From the NCBI GenBank assembly GCA_963843845.1, contig CAWJMB010000002.1, positions 1 to 64,000 on the forward strand: a stretch of 64,000 nt of DNA. The letters run 5' to 3'. Origin of the DNA: an uncultured Gemmatimonadaceae bacterium (lineage in GTDB: Bacteria; Gemmatimonadota; Gemmatimonadetes; Gemmatimonadales; Gemmatimonadaceae). Of this stretch, positions 30,651 through 41,297 are shown piece by piece. The position numbers and the translations under genes are program-made. How positions within the stretch are numbered: the first letter of the stretch is position 1; every line of letters starts with the position of its first letter. The notes under the pieces were generated by a model. The model was not told where the DNA came from and searched no databases. It was given only the letters and a program-made list of their open reading frames with translations.

Positions 30651-32060
30651 ATGTCCGCCTCTCACGAGCTCCTGCACGCCCTCGCGCACACGCTGACCGC
30701 GTTCGCCGACGCCGGCCTGTCGACGGGGGAGCGAGTCGATGCGCTGCGCATGGTCGAGCACGCGGCGCGGAACGCGAGCATCGAGGTGAGCGACGAGCCG
30801 GGCGGCGTCACGGTGAACGGCGAGCCGCTCCCCGAGCACGCGGTCGGGCACGAGGCGGTGATCGACGCGATGCGCGCGCACGGCATACGACGCCTCGTCG
30901 TGCGGCGCCACGCCGCGACGCGCGACGTCGCGCAGCTCGCCGGGGTGCTGGGCCGCGCCGCGCCGGCCGGCGCCGACCCCGCGGCGTTGGGCGTCGCCGC
31001 GGCGGCGGCGCTCGACGAGCTGCGGCTGTGGAGCGTCTGCCTCGTCCCGACGCGCGCGTCGAACGCGCCGCTCCCGGCGGCGGTCGAGTCGGCGCTCGGC
31101 GCCCTCGCCGCGGCGAGCGACGGCGGCGAGGATGCGGCGAGCGAGCGCCTGGTCGCCGCGCTGCTCGAGGTCACGACGCAGCGCCCCGCCGAGCGCGCGC
31201 GCGTCGTCGCGGCGGCACTCGCCCGCGCCCTCGCCGACGAGCACGCGGCGACGCTCGTCGCGATGCGCACCCGCGCCGCACAGCTCCCGCTGCTCGTCGC
31301 GCTCGCCGACGCCATCGTGTCGGCCGACGACGCGACGCGGCAGGACGCGCGCGGCGTCTTTCGCCACGCCGGCCCGGCGGGCATCGAGGGGCTGTTGCAG
31401 ATGCTCACGAACGCGGAGTCGATCCGCCAGCGGCGCCGCTGCGTCGACGCGCTCATCGCGGTCGGCGGCGACGGCCCGGGGGTGCCGACGCTCGTCGAGG
31501 CGCTCAAGCACGACCAGTGGTACGTCGTGCGCAACGCCGCGCAGGTGCTCGGCGAGCTCGGCGACCCGGGCGCCTGCACGGCGCTGACGAAGACGCTCGC
31601 CCACGCCGACGACCGCGTGCGCGTCAGCGCGGCGCAGGCACTCGAACAGATCGGCACCGCCGAGGCGCGCGCGACGCTGCGTGCGGCCGTCGGCGACGGC
31701 GTGATCGCGGTGCGCCGCGTCGCCGCGCGCGCGTTCGACGAGACGCCGGAGACGGCCGCGGACCTCGGCGCGCGCCTCGCGCTCGTCGCGGCGATGGAGC
31801 GCGAGCACGACGACGAGACGCTGCTCGACCAGGTGCGCGCGCTCGGCCGGCTCGGCACGCCGGACGCCGTGCAGCGGCTGCTGCGCGTCGCGACCGGGCA
31901 GGCGCGCGCCTACTCGCTCGCGGTGCGCACTGCGGCGCTCGAAGGGCTCGTGCGGGCGCGCGGGGCCTCGGCGCTGCCGACGCTGCGAACGCTGCGGCAG
32001 GATCGGGACGCAGGGGTTCGCGAGGCGGCGCGGCGGCTGGCGGATTCGATCGCGGCGTGA
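30651..32060 (+). CDS. HEAT-repeat protein
   Basis: WYVVRNAAQVLGELG, RVRVSAAQALEQIG and VRTAALEGL repeats. Confidence 0.8.
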   Translation: MSASHELLHALAHTLTAFADAGLSTGERVDALRMVEHAARNASIEVSDEPGGVTVNGEPLPEHAVGHEAVIDAMRAHGIRRLVVRRHAATRDVAQLAGVLGRAAPAGADPAALGVAAAAALDELRLWSVCLVPTRASNAPLPAAVESALGALAAASDGGEDAASERLVAALLEVTTQRPAERARVVAAALARALADEHAATLVAMRTRAAQLPLLVALADAIVSADDATRQDARGVFRHAGPAGIEGLLQMLTNAESIRQRRRCVDALIAVGGDGPGVPTLVEALKHDQWYVVRNAAQVLGELGDPGACTALTKTLAHADDRVRVSAAQALEQIGTAEARATLRAAVGDGVIAVRRVAARAFDETPETAADLGARLALVAAMEREHDDETLLDQVRALGRLGTPDAVQRLLRVATGQARAYSLAVRTAALEGLVRARGASALPTLRTLRQDRDAGVREAARRLADSIAA

Positions 32061-32070
32061 TGACTGCCTG

Positions 32071-32354
32071 ACGGCGGTCGAACGGCCGTCGAACCGCGGT
32101 CGATCCGCGGTCGTACCGCGGTCGATCCGCGGTCGATCCGCCGTCGAACTACGGCGGTACAGCGGCTGAACGGCGGTGATGCGGTGTGACTCACAGCGGA
32201 CGAGGAACGGCGGTACCCGCGGCTGGTAGCTGACAGCGCGCAGGTACCGCCGTTCCTCGTCCGGTGTGAGACTCCGTATCACCGCCGTCCCACCGCCGTC
32301 CGCCGTTCGTCCGTCCGCCGTCCCACCGCAGGTCCACCGCGGTCCCACCGCCGT
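32071..32354. repeat. REP/REPIN-like element, family 1, copy D, with 11-bp tandem arrays
   Basis: About 7 copies of an accgcggtcga-like 11-mer (32071-32148); core arms 32168-32217 (+) and 32243-32290 (-). Confidence 0.9.
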
Positions 32355-34932
32355 ATGCCGTCGCTCCTTCTCGCGCTCGCCCTCGCCGCCGACTCGCTCA
32401 CGGGTCCGGGCGTCTCGCGCGCCCTCGCGACCTACCGCGCCGCGCGCATCGCCGACGTGCGCTACGAGCTGCGCCTCGACGTGACGCACGCCGACACCGC
32501 GCGCGGACGCGTCGTCGTTCGCTTTCGGCGCACCGGGCCCGGCGACGTCATCCTCGACTTCCGCGGGCCGAGCGTGCGCGCGCCGGAGGGCGCCGGCTAC
32601 GTCGTGAACGGGGCGCACATCCGCGTTCCCGAGAGCACGTTGGGCCCCGGCGAGAACGCGCTGACGTTCGACTTCACCGCGCTCATCGCGCCGAGCGGCG
32701 CGAGCATCATCAAGGTGCACGACGCGGCCGACGCGAGCGACTACCTGTACACGCTCCTCGTTCCGGCCGACGCGAATCAGCTCTTTCCCTGTTTCGACCA
32801 GCCCGACCTCAAGGCCCGCACGACGCTCACGCTCGTCACGCCGCGCGCCTGGACCGCCGTCGCGAACGGCGCGCTGACCGACAGCACCGGGCTGCCGACC
32901 GGCGCGCGCGAGTACCGCTTCGCCGAGACGCGGCCGATCAGCACGTATCTCATCGGCTTCGCCGCCGGCCCGTGGACGCGCGTCACGCGCACCGTCGCCG
33001 GCCGCCCGGTCACGCTCCACGTCCGCACGTCGCGCGCGACCGAGTTGGGCGCCGACGCCGACTCGATCATCGCGACGAACGCGCGGGCGGCGCAGTGGCT
33101 CGAGCAGTGGTTCGGCGTGCCGTTCCCGTTCCCGAAGCTCGACGTCGTGCTCGCGCCGGCGTTTCCGTTCGGCGGCATGGAGCATCCGGGCGCGATCTTC
33201 TACAACGAATCATCCTTCATCTATCGCGAGCGGCCGACGCGCCCGCAACTGTTAGGCAGGGCGTCGACGATCTACCACGAGGTCGCGCACCAGTGGTTCG
33301 GCGACCTCGTGACGATGCGCTGGTTCGACGACCTGTGGCTCAAGGAAGGGTTCGCGACCTACATGGCCGCGAAGGCGCAGGCCGGGCTCGACCCCTCGGC
33401 CGACGCGTGGAAGACGTTCTACCTGCGCAACAAGCCGGCGGCGTACGGCGTCGATCGCACGGCCGGCACCGTGCCCGTCTGGCAATCGTTAGGCAACCTC
33501 GACCAGGCGAAGAGCGCCTACGGCCCCATCGTCTACAACAAGGCGCCGAGCGTCCTCAAGCAGCTGAACGCGCTCGTCGGCGACTCGGCGTTCCGGCGCG
33601 GCGTGCACGACTTCCTGACGACGCACGCCTACGCGAACGCGACGTGGCGCGATCTGCTGGGCGCCATCGGCGGCGCGGCCGGCCGGCCGCTGACGGCGTG
33701 GGGCGAGTCGTACATCCTGCGCCCCGGCATGCCCGTCCTCACGCAGCGCCGCACGTCGACGAGCACCGGCGTCGCGCTCACGCTGACGCAGCAGCCGGTG
33801 CGCTCCGGGCTCTCGGGGATCGCGCCGTGGCCGATCAAGACCGAGGTGCTGTTCGCGTCCCGGGGCACGAGCGCGCGCGTCCCCGTCGAGCTGCGCGCCG
33901 CGACGACGACGATCGCCGCGCCGCCAGCCGTTCCGCGCCCCGACGTGGTGTTCGCGAACGCCGGCGACTTCGCGTACGCGGCGGTGCGCCTCGACGACGC
34001 GAGCCTGCGCTGGGCGTTGGCGCAACGCGGGCACCGTCGCCGACCCGCTCCTGCGCGCGATGCTGTGGGGCGCCGTGTGGGACGACGTCCGCGACGCGCG
34101 GCTCGACCCCGCGCGCTTCGTCGACGCCGTCGTCGCGGCCCTGCCGTCCGAGCGTGACGACGAGATCGTGCCCTTTCTGTTGGGCCGCACGACGCGCGCC
34201 GCGAACGCCTATCTCACCGCGCCGCGGCGCGACGCCGTGCTCCCCGCGCTCGAGCGCGCCCTCCGCACCGGCGCCGACGACGCCGCGCGGAGCTACGGCG
34301 TGCGCAAGGCGCATCTCGACGCGCTGATCGCCGTCGCGCGCACGCCGGCCGCGCTCGCCGCGCTCGACACGCTGCTCGACCGCCCCGACGCGGCCGGCGC
34401 TCCGCTCCGGGCCCCGACGCGCTGGGCGATCGTGACGCGCCTCGTCGCCGCCGCCGCGCCGACCGCCGATCAGCGCCTCGCCGCCGAGTCGGCGCGCGAC
34501 ACGACCGACCAGGGACGCCGCTCCGCGTTCGTCGCCACCGCCGCGCGTCCCGACGCCGCGACGCGACGCGCCTACTTCGCGCGCTACCTCGCCGACGCCT
34601 CGCTCAACGAGGAGTGGGCCACCGCGAGCCTCGGCGCGTTCAACGCGCCGGCGGCGGACGCGCTGTCGCGCCCATTCCTGCGCGCCGCGCTCGACACGCT
34701 GCCCTGGCTGCAGCGCAACCGCCGCATCTTCTACGTCAACGCGTGGGTCGACTCGTTCCTCTCGGGGCAGACCAGCCCCGACGCGTTAGGCACCGTGCGC
34801 GCGTTCCTCGCGGCGCGGCGCACGCTGCCGCAGGACCTTCGGCAGAAAGTCGTGCAGGCGGTCGACGAGCTGGAGCGCACGGTCGAGATCCGGCGGCGCT
34901 ACGGCACCGCGGCGGCCGGCCGCGGCGGCTGA
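32355..34932 (+). CDS. M1 family aminopeptidase (PepN-like), frameshift near 34020
   Basis: FPCFDQPDLKA, GGMEH, HEVAH-x18-E and YNK motifs; ERAP1-like helical C-terminus in ORF 34060..34932. Confidence 0.92.
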
Positions 34933-35074
34933 GGGCGGGCACGCGTTCGGGCACGCATTACGGAAACGGCGCCGCCATGTATACTGTGCGGCTCTTGCAT
35001 CAGCGCGCGGCGGGCTCGGCGCGCGTGTCGTGCGTGGGTGAGCGTGTCGGGTGTCCTGGGGTGTGGGTATCGTC

Positions 35075-38000
35075 ATGGGTGAGCGGGCCGAGATCGACGA
35101 GGACGCCCCAACGGCGACTCGGATAGCCGACCACCCTGCCGACGACCCCGCCGCACGACCGCCGCCGCCGATCGTCTGCGGCATCGGCGCCTCCGCCGGC
35201 GGCATCCAGGCGCTGCAAGCGTTCTTCGACGCCGTCCCCACCGACCTCGGCGTCGCGTTCGTCGTCGTCGTGCATCTCTCGCCCGAGCACCGGAGCGCGC
35301 TCTCCGGCATCCTCGCCGCGCGCACGACGATGCCGGTGGAGCAGGTGACCGACACCGTGGCGCTGCACGGCAACCGGGTCTACGTCATCCCCCCCGACCG
35401 ACGACTCGAGATCACCGACCACTCGGTCGCGGCGGTGCCGTTCGACGAGCCGCGCGGCCGGCGAGCCCCGATCGACCTCTTCTTCCGGTCGCTCGCCGAG
35501 CAGCACGGCGACGGCTTCGCGATCGTGCTGTCGGGCGGCGGCAGCGACGGCGCCATGGGCGTGCGGGCGATCAAGGAGGCGGGCGGCCTCGTGCTCGTGC
35601 AGGACCCCGCGGAGGCGGCGCACGACTCGATGCCGCGCGCGGCGATCGCCACGCAGGTCGCCGACCTCGTGCTGCCGGTGCGCGACCTCGCCGCCCGGAT
35701 CGCCGAGCTCACGGCGGCGAAGCGACGGCTGCAGTCGACGTTCGGCATGGCGTTCGGCGCCACGCTCGGCACGACACTGAGCGATCGTACCGCCGGGGCG
35801 GCGGCGCGCCTCGACGACGACGGCGAGGCCGCACTCGCCCAGATCGTGCGCCACCTGCACACGCGCAGCGGGCACGACTTCGCGCGCTACAAGCGTGCCA
35901 CCGTGCTCCGCCGGATCGGGCGCCGCATGCAGGTGCAGCGGCAGGACACCCTCCGCGACTACGTCGGGTTCCTCCGCGACCACGCCGACGAGACGCGCGC
36001 GCTGTTCGCCGACCTGCTGATCTCGGTGACGAGCTTCTTCCGCGACCCGGAAGCGTGGGAAGCGCTCGCGACGCAGGTGATCCCGCGGCTGCTCGACGAG
36101 AGCGAGAGCGGCGCCGCGGGCGAGGGGCGGCTGCGCGTCTGGGTGCCCGGCTGCGCCACCGGCGAGGAGGCGTACTCGATCGCGATCCTCCTCCTCGAAG
36201 AGGCGGCGCGGCGCGACGTGCGCCGCGAGATCCAGATCTTCGCCTCCGACCTCGACGACGTCGCGCTCGCCGCGGCGCGCGACGGCCGCTACCCGCGCAC
36301 GATCGCCGCCGACGTCTCCGAGGAGCGGCTCCGCCGCTTCTTCCGCGAGGAGGGGCCGTTCTATGTCGTCACCAAGCAGGTGCGCGACTGCGTCATCTTC
36401 ACGACGCACAGCCTGCTGCGCGACCCGCCGTTCTCGCGCGTCGACCTGATCTCCTGCCGCAACCTGCTGATCTACCTCGACCGCGAGGTGCAGCAGCAGG
36501 TGTTCGGCGTCTTTCGCTACGCGCTGCGGCCGGGCCGCTTTCTGTTCGTCGGCGCGTCGGAGACGGCGGACGGGCCGCACTTCCGCGTGGTCGACAAGAA
36601 GCAGCATCTCTACCAGGCGCGCGAGGTCACGGCCGACGACGTGCCGCAGTTGCCGGCGCTGCTGCTCACCACGCCGCGCGTGCGCGTCCCCGACCCGCGC
36701 GAGGCGCCGCCGGCCCAGCGTGCAGCGACGAGCGCGGTGCACCGCCGGCTGCTCGAGGATCTGGCGCCGCCGAGCGTCCTCGTCGACGACGCGCGGAACG
36801 TCGTGCACCTCTCGGAGACCGTCGGGCGCTTTCTCGAGCCGCCCGGCGGGCCGCTGACGCGCGACGTCATCCGCCTCGTGCGCCCCGAGCTGCAGGGCGA
36901 GCTGCGGGCGGCGCTCTACCGCGCGTTCGACCAGGGCACGAGCACGCTGTCGTCGTTCGTCGCGCTTCCGCTCGACGGGTCGTCGCGGAGCGTGGCGATG
37001 CTCGTCCGACCGCGAACGACCGAGGGCGGGGAGCGGCTGGCGCTCGTGATGTTCGTCGAGCGGACCGGCGCGAGCTCGGCGCCGGCGAGCGCCGACGCGG
37101 CCGGCACGCAGGAGGAGCGCGACGCCGAGACGGTGCGGCACCTCGAGACGGAGCTGCAGCAGACGCACGAGCGGCTGGCCCGGGCGAGCGAGCACGCCGA
37201 GGCGAACACCGAGGAGCTCCGCGCCGCGAACGAGGAGCTGCAGAGCATCAACGAGGAGTACCGCTCGACCGCCGAGGAGCTGGAGACGAGCAAGGAAGAG
37301 CTCCAGAGCATCAACGAGGAGCTCGAGACCGTCAACGCGGAGCTGAAGCTCAAGTTCGAGGAGGTCTCGCGGGCGCACAGCGACCTCGAGAACCTCATGG
37401 CGGCGACCGAGATCGGCACGCTGTTTCTCGATCGCACCCTGCGCATCGCCCGCTTCACGCCGCCGCTCGCGGAGCTGTTCAACATCACCGAGAACGACCG
37501 CGGGCGGCCGATCACCGACTTCACGCACCGGCTCGAGTACGAGGCGCTCGCCGCCGACGCCCGCGCGGTGCTCCGCTCGCTCGCGCCGATCGATCGCGAG
37601 GTCCGGAGCGACGACGACCGCTGGTACCTCGCGCGGCTCCGGCCGTACCGCACGGTCGACGACCGCATCGACGGCGTGGTCGCGACGTTCGTGGACCTCA
37701 CGGCGCGGCGCCGGGCCGAGCACGACTTGCGGCGCAGCGAGGAGCGCTACCGGCTCCTCGTCGAAGGGGTCGGCGAGTACGCCATGCTCATGGTGAGTCC
37801 GGACGCGCGCATCATCAGCTGGAACTCCGGCGCCCAGAAGATCTTCGGCCGCACCGAGGACGAGGCGCTCGGACAGCCGTTCGCGGTGCTGTTCACCGAC
37901 GAGGACCGCGCAACCGGCACCGCGGAGCGCGAGCTCGCCACCGCCGTACGCGACGGCGTCGCGTCCGACGACCGGTGGCAGCGGCGGAAGGACGGCACCC

Positions 38001-38887
38001 ATTTCTGGGCGAACGGCGTCACGACGGCGCTCCGCGATACGGAGGGCACCCTCTCCGGGTTCGCCAAGGTGCTGCGCGACAACACGGCGCGGCAGGAGCG
38101 CGTGGCGGAGCGGGAGCGGCTGCTCGCCGCGGCGCAGGAGGCGCGCGAGGAGGCCGAGCGGCAGCGCACCGAGGCGCTCGCCGCGAGCGACGCCAAGACA
38201 CAGTTCCTCGCGACGATGAGCCACGAGCTGCGCACTCCGCTCAACGCGATCGCCGGGCACGTGCAGCTGCTGCAGCTCGAGCTGCACGGGCCGCTCGCGC
38301 CGTCGCAGCAGCAGGCGCTCGGCCGCGTCGAGCGCGCGCAGCGGCACCTGCTCGCGCTCATCAACGACGTGCTCAACTTCGCGCGCCTCGGCGCCGGCGG
38401 GGTGACCTACGACGTGACGCCGGTCGACCTCGGCGCGCTCATGACGGACATCGCGTCGATGATCGAGACCCAGCTCGTCGCGAAGGGGCTGACGTACGAG
38501 GTGCGGCCGCCGGCCGAGCCGTGCTTCGTCTGGGCGGACGCGGACAAGCTGCGCCAGATCGTGCTCAACCTGCTCACGAACGCCGTGAAGTTCACCACGC
38601 CCGGCGGCCGCGTGACGATGGAGGCGGGCGCGGACGGCGAGGCGCCCGGCGTCGCCCGCCTCCGCGTGGGCGACACCGGCATCGGCATTCCGCGCGAGAA
38701 GCACGCCGCGATCTTCCAGGCGTTCGTGCAGATCAACCGGTCGCTGTCGACGCCCGCGGACGGTGTGGGACTGGGGCTGACCATCAGCCGCGACCTGGCG
38801 CGCGGCATGGGCGGCGACCTGACCGTGGAGAGCGGCGACGGACCGGGCTCCACGTTCACCGTCACGCTCCGCCGCGTCGGTCCCTGA
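35075..38887 (+). CDS. CheB-CheR fusion with coiled coil, PAS domains and histidine kinase
   Basis: GIGASAGG, SVTSFFRD, GCATGEEAYS, SCRNLLIY, EELQSINEE, SHELRTPL, NLLTNAVKF and GVGLGL motifs. Confidence 0.95.
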   Translation: MGERAEIDEDAPTATRIADHPADDPAARPPPPIVCGIGASAGGIQALQAFFDAVPTDLGVAFVVVVHLSPEHRSALSGILAARTTMPVEQVTDTVALHGNRVYVIPPDRRLEITDHSVAAVPFDEPRGRRAPIDLFFRSLAEQHGDGFAIVLSGGGSDGAMGVRAIKEAGGLVLVQDPAEAAHDSMPRAAIATQVADLVLPVRDLAARIAELTAAKRRLQSTFGMAFGATLGTTLSDRTAGAAARLDDDGEAALAQIVRHLHTRSGHDFARYKRATVLRRIGRRMQVQRQDTLRDYVGFLRDHADETRALFADLLISVTSFFRDPEAWEALATQVIPRLLDESESGAAGEGRLRVWVPGCATGEEAYSIAILLLEEAARRDVRREIQIFASDLDDVALAAARDGRYPRTIAADVSEERLRRFFREEGPFYVVTKQVRDCVIFTTHSLLRDPPFSRVDLISCRNLLIYLDREVQQQVFGVFRYALRPGRFLFVGASETADGPHFRVVDKKQHLYQAREVTADDVPQLPALLLTTPRVRVPDPREAPPAQRAATSAVHRRLLEDLAPPSVLVDDARNVVHLSETVGRFLEPPGGPLTRDVIRLVRPELQGELRAALYRAFDQGTSTLSSFVALPLDGSSRSVAMLVRPRTTEGGERLALVMFVERTGASSAPASADAAGTQEERDAETVRHLETELQQTHERLARASEHAEANTEELRAANEELQSINEEYRSTAEELETSKEELQSINEELETVNAELKLKFEEVSRAHSDLENLMAATEIGTLFLDRTLRIARFTPPLAELFNITENDRGRPITDFTHRLEYEALAADARAVLRSLAPIDREVRSDDDRWYLARLRPYRTVDDRIDGVVATFVDLTARRRAEHDLRRSEERYRLLVEGVGEYAMLMVSPDARIISWNSGAQKIFGRTEDEALGQPFAVLFTDEDRATGTAERELATAVRDGVASDDRWQRRKDGTHFWANGVTTALRDTEGTLSGFAKVLRDNTARQERVAERERLLAAAQEAREEAERQRTEALAASDAKTQFLATMSHELRTPLNAIAGHVQLLQLELHGPLAPSQQQALGRVERAQRHLLALINDVLNFARLGAGGVTYDVTPVDLGALMTDIASMIETQLVAKGLTYEVRPPAEPCFVWADADKLRQIVLNLLTNAVKFTTPGGRVTMEAGADGEAPGVARLRVGDTGIGIPREKHAAIFQAFVQINRSLSTPADGVGLGLTISRDLARGMGGDLTVESGDGPGSTFTVTLRRVGP

Positions 38888-39064
38888 GCTCGGCGGCAGC
38901 TCGCCGAACGCGTCCCACGCGGCGACCGTCAGGATCGACAGCTCATCGAGCCGGCAACGGCGCGGCGGCCGCGCTGTCGCGCCAGTACGATGCGGCGGAT
39001 GCATGGCGGAGCGAGCGTGATGCGGCGCTCCGCCGCACACGCGCGGAGTTGTGTGGTTCTGTCT

Positions 39065-39207
39065 CGGCGCGGAGCTGACGGCGGCCGGGTGAGAAATCCG
39101 CCAGCTGGTTTCGCGATACAGAGCGAGATCAGGTCGGGCTCAGTGTTCGTCCGCAGATGGCGCAGTGGTGGGTAGTGTGACGCTGCGCAGTACAATTGGC
39201 GTTAGGT
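39065..39207 (+). mobile_element. Relic attC site (3' half recognisable)
   Basis: gagctgacg resembles an L'' box; ends cgcagtacaattggcGTTAGGT (GTTRRRY core at 39201-39207); no intact R'' box. Confidence 0.55.
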
Positions 39208-40174
39208 GGCCCCGAGCATCGCTTGACCTTCAGGCCTGACCAGGCAAGGTTTTGAGAGGCCTCGCTCTTCGCACGCCTCAGGTGTCGCAGCCGGCTGCTG
39301 TTGGACGGCAGGCGGTGTGCAAGGACCTTGAGTGCGAGCTAGTAGAACCGAATGGACTTGTCTACGCGCTGGCCTCGGGCACGAAGTCCGAGGCCAGCGT
39401 CATTATGAACGCTGAGAGGCGGCGCGCCTCGTCGCGTTTCATATCCCAAGGGATAATGACTTGGGCGGAGGATCCCGCCGCAGAGGATACTGAAGGGCGA
39501 GCCCGGTCGCCGGATGCGGCTCTGAATGTTGGACGACGGGGGGAGCCATTGTAGCGAGCGGAGCCGGAGCCTCTTGTTTCGGCTTGCTGTCCCGTGTCTT
39601 GTCCGTTGGGGTTTTTCGGTCTGCGCCGCTGCGCTTTGTCGCGCCTCGCCCGATCCGCCGAAAGCTGGTCGGATTCTCCGTGAAGGCCACGAAGTGCCGA
39701 ATCGCCTGGGTGATACGCCGCTGATACTCAGCCAGTGTGGATGGCGTCAGCTTCCCCGGGTTGCGATTGTGGAATCGGTGGATCGCGTCATCCACGTCTA
39801 AGGCGCGTACGTCGCTTACGCTCTCTTCCGGCAGGTCGCCAAGAATTTTGGTAACCGCTACTCGCAGCCCCTCCGCCGTATTGGGGTTGGCGAGGCCTCG
39901 GTCGCCCAGCGAGCCGAGGAATCGGAGCACGCCTCACGAGAATAGTTCCTTTCCATTTTCCCCTGGGCGACGGTGACAACGGCAAAATCGGGGCCGTCCA
40001 ACGGCAGCTGTCAATGGGGCTTCAAAACATTCCGTTGTTGTTCCGTCGGCGCTTGATCGCGGCGCGTCTGTTGGACTGGTTGGCCACCTAACGAATCATT
40101 GAAGCTGACGAACGCGCGCAACTCTCCTCGGCATCCACAACTCCAACCCTGCGCGTCGCAGCTTAACTCAGGCG
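39202..40174 (+). mobile_element. Integron gene cassette (lower GC than flanks)
   Basis: gttaggtggcc (39201-39211) is the exact reverse complement of ggccacctaac (40082-40092), the R'' end of the downstream attC. Confidence 0.85.
39362..39956 (-). CDS. Cassette-borne hypothetical protein of about 200 aa (two apparent frameshifts)
   Basis: Joins MERNYSRE(A), ORF 39439..39930 and an alternative-frame tail AQVIIPWDMKRDEARRLSAFIMTLASDFVPEASA*; perfect TTGACA upstream (40014-40009). Confidence 0.7.
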
Positions 40175-40180
40175 TTAGCC
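40086..40180 (+). mobile_element. Intact attC recombination site
   Basis: R'' ACCTAAC, L'' ttgaagctg, L' cagcttaa, R' GTTAGCC; canonical ends ctaacgaatcattgaagctgacg ... cgcagcttaactcaggcgttag. Confidence 0.9.
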
Positions 40181-40220
40181 AGCGACCGCCGTCGTCGCGC
40201 ACTCGCACGGCCAGCGTCTG

Positions 40221-40640
40221 ATGCGTCATGTAGCCCTTGGGCTCTGCCGTCGGCTCGCAGACGGGGCGTTGCTCCTCGAGCACGGCTACGACCGGGTCAC
40301 GGGGCTGCGGCTTCTACCGCGCGGTCGGCGGGGCGTGCGAGCACGAGGAGGAGCCGGCGGCCGCCGTGGTGCGCGAGTGGGCGGCGGAGCTCGCGCTGGC
40401 GGTGCCCTTCGCGCGCGCCCTCGGAGCGATCGACACCGGTCGAGTCCGAAGGCCGGGAGGTCGCGAACGCGTGAGCGTCGTCGCGGTCATGCTGAGCGAC
40501 CCGCGCGAGTACGTTGTCCCGGTGCGGGAGGGTGTCGACCCCGCAGGGCTGCGGCCCGTCGCTTCATCGGTGGTGCCCGCAGCCGGCGTGACGGCGCCGC
40601 CCGTGTACCCCGCCGGCATCCTCGCCCTGCTTCGACCCGC
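40221..40640 (+). pseudogene. Degenerate NUDIX hydrolase, probable second cassette
   Basis: MRHVALGL...HGYDRVTG, frameshift, then FYRAVGGACEHEEEPAAAVVREWAAEL (eroded Nudix box); end approximate. Confidence 0.6.
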
Positions 40641-40644
40641 TCGC

Positions 40645-40737
40645 TCGCGGATCGATGCTCCAGCCGATGCCGCACAGCGCTCCGCACCGGCGGCACCCTT
40701 CACGCGTGCGGCTGCAGCTGAACTCTGGCGTTTCGCC
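40645..40737 (+). mobile_element. Degenerate attC site
   Basis: gcagctgaactctggcgtt (40714-40732) matches 17/19 to the 3' end of the intact attC (40158-40176); R' eroded to gtttcgc. Confidence 0.55.
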
Positions 40738-40779
40738 AACCCGCTCGTCGTACTGCACGCCGCCACGGTCACACGCAGC

Positions 40780-41226
40780 TCACGCTCGCGCGTGACGAGT
40801 CTGGACATACCGCGCCGGGAGCACCGGCACACCGGCGAGGAAGCCGACGATGACGTCGATGGCCGCCAGCGCTGCCGCGGGTCCCGTTGTGATCGCAGCG
40901 GTCACGGACGCGGGGATCCCGGAAGGCGACGCGCCACTCTGTCGAAGCGCGGGCGCGATCCCGGTATGCATGACGGTGTAGACGACCGCCGAGACGCCGA
41001 CGAAGGCCACCACGCCCGTGATGACCGCGGTGGCGAGCGCCGCGACGAGTCCGGTGCGCCAGCGATGTAGCCGGGCGTCACGCGTCACGAGCCAAACCGC
41101 CGTTGCCCCGGCGAGCGCCGGCCAGATGAACGGCCAATTACCGCAGTTGGGGATCGAGACGTGGATGGCGAACAGCAGCCCGCCCGCGACCCCGGTTTCG
41201 AGCACGATTCTTCGAGCGCTCCGCAT
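40780..41226 (-). CDS. Hypothetical membrane protein
   Basis: About four hydrophobic segments; no family recognised. Confidence 0.6.
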   Translation of the reverse strand: MRSARRIVLETGVAGGLLFAIHVSIPNCGNWPFIWPALAGATAVWLVTRDARLHRWRTGLVAALATAVITGVVAFVGVSAVVYTVMHTGIAPALRQSGASPSGIPASVTAAITTGPAAALAAIDVIVGFLAGVPVLPARYVQTRHARA

Positions 41227-41297
41227 CTTGACCCTTGCGTCGATGTTGACGTCGCGCGAAAGCAGGAAGCGAACCAACCACGTTGACCAGTGCCGCC

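Noticed and set aside
18463..38909. 18-nt exact match ggcggcagctcgccgaac at 18463-18480 and 38892-38909
   Set aside because: A GC-rich match of this length is plausible by chance in 64 kb and the flanks do not extend; not supportable as an att site or target duplication.
35000..39040. Very long antisense or alternative-frame ORFs (e.g. 1346 aa here, also 10009..12135, 30564..33185, 45895..48465)
   Set aside because: Arg/Ala/Pro-rich shadows of real genes caused by scarce stop codons at high GC; no domain motifs.
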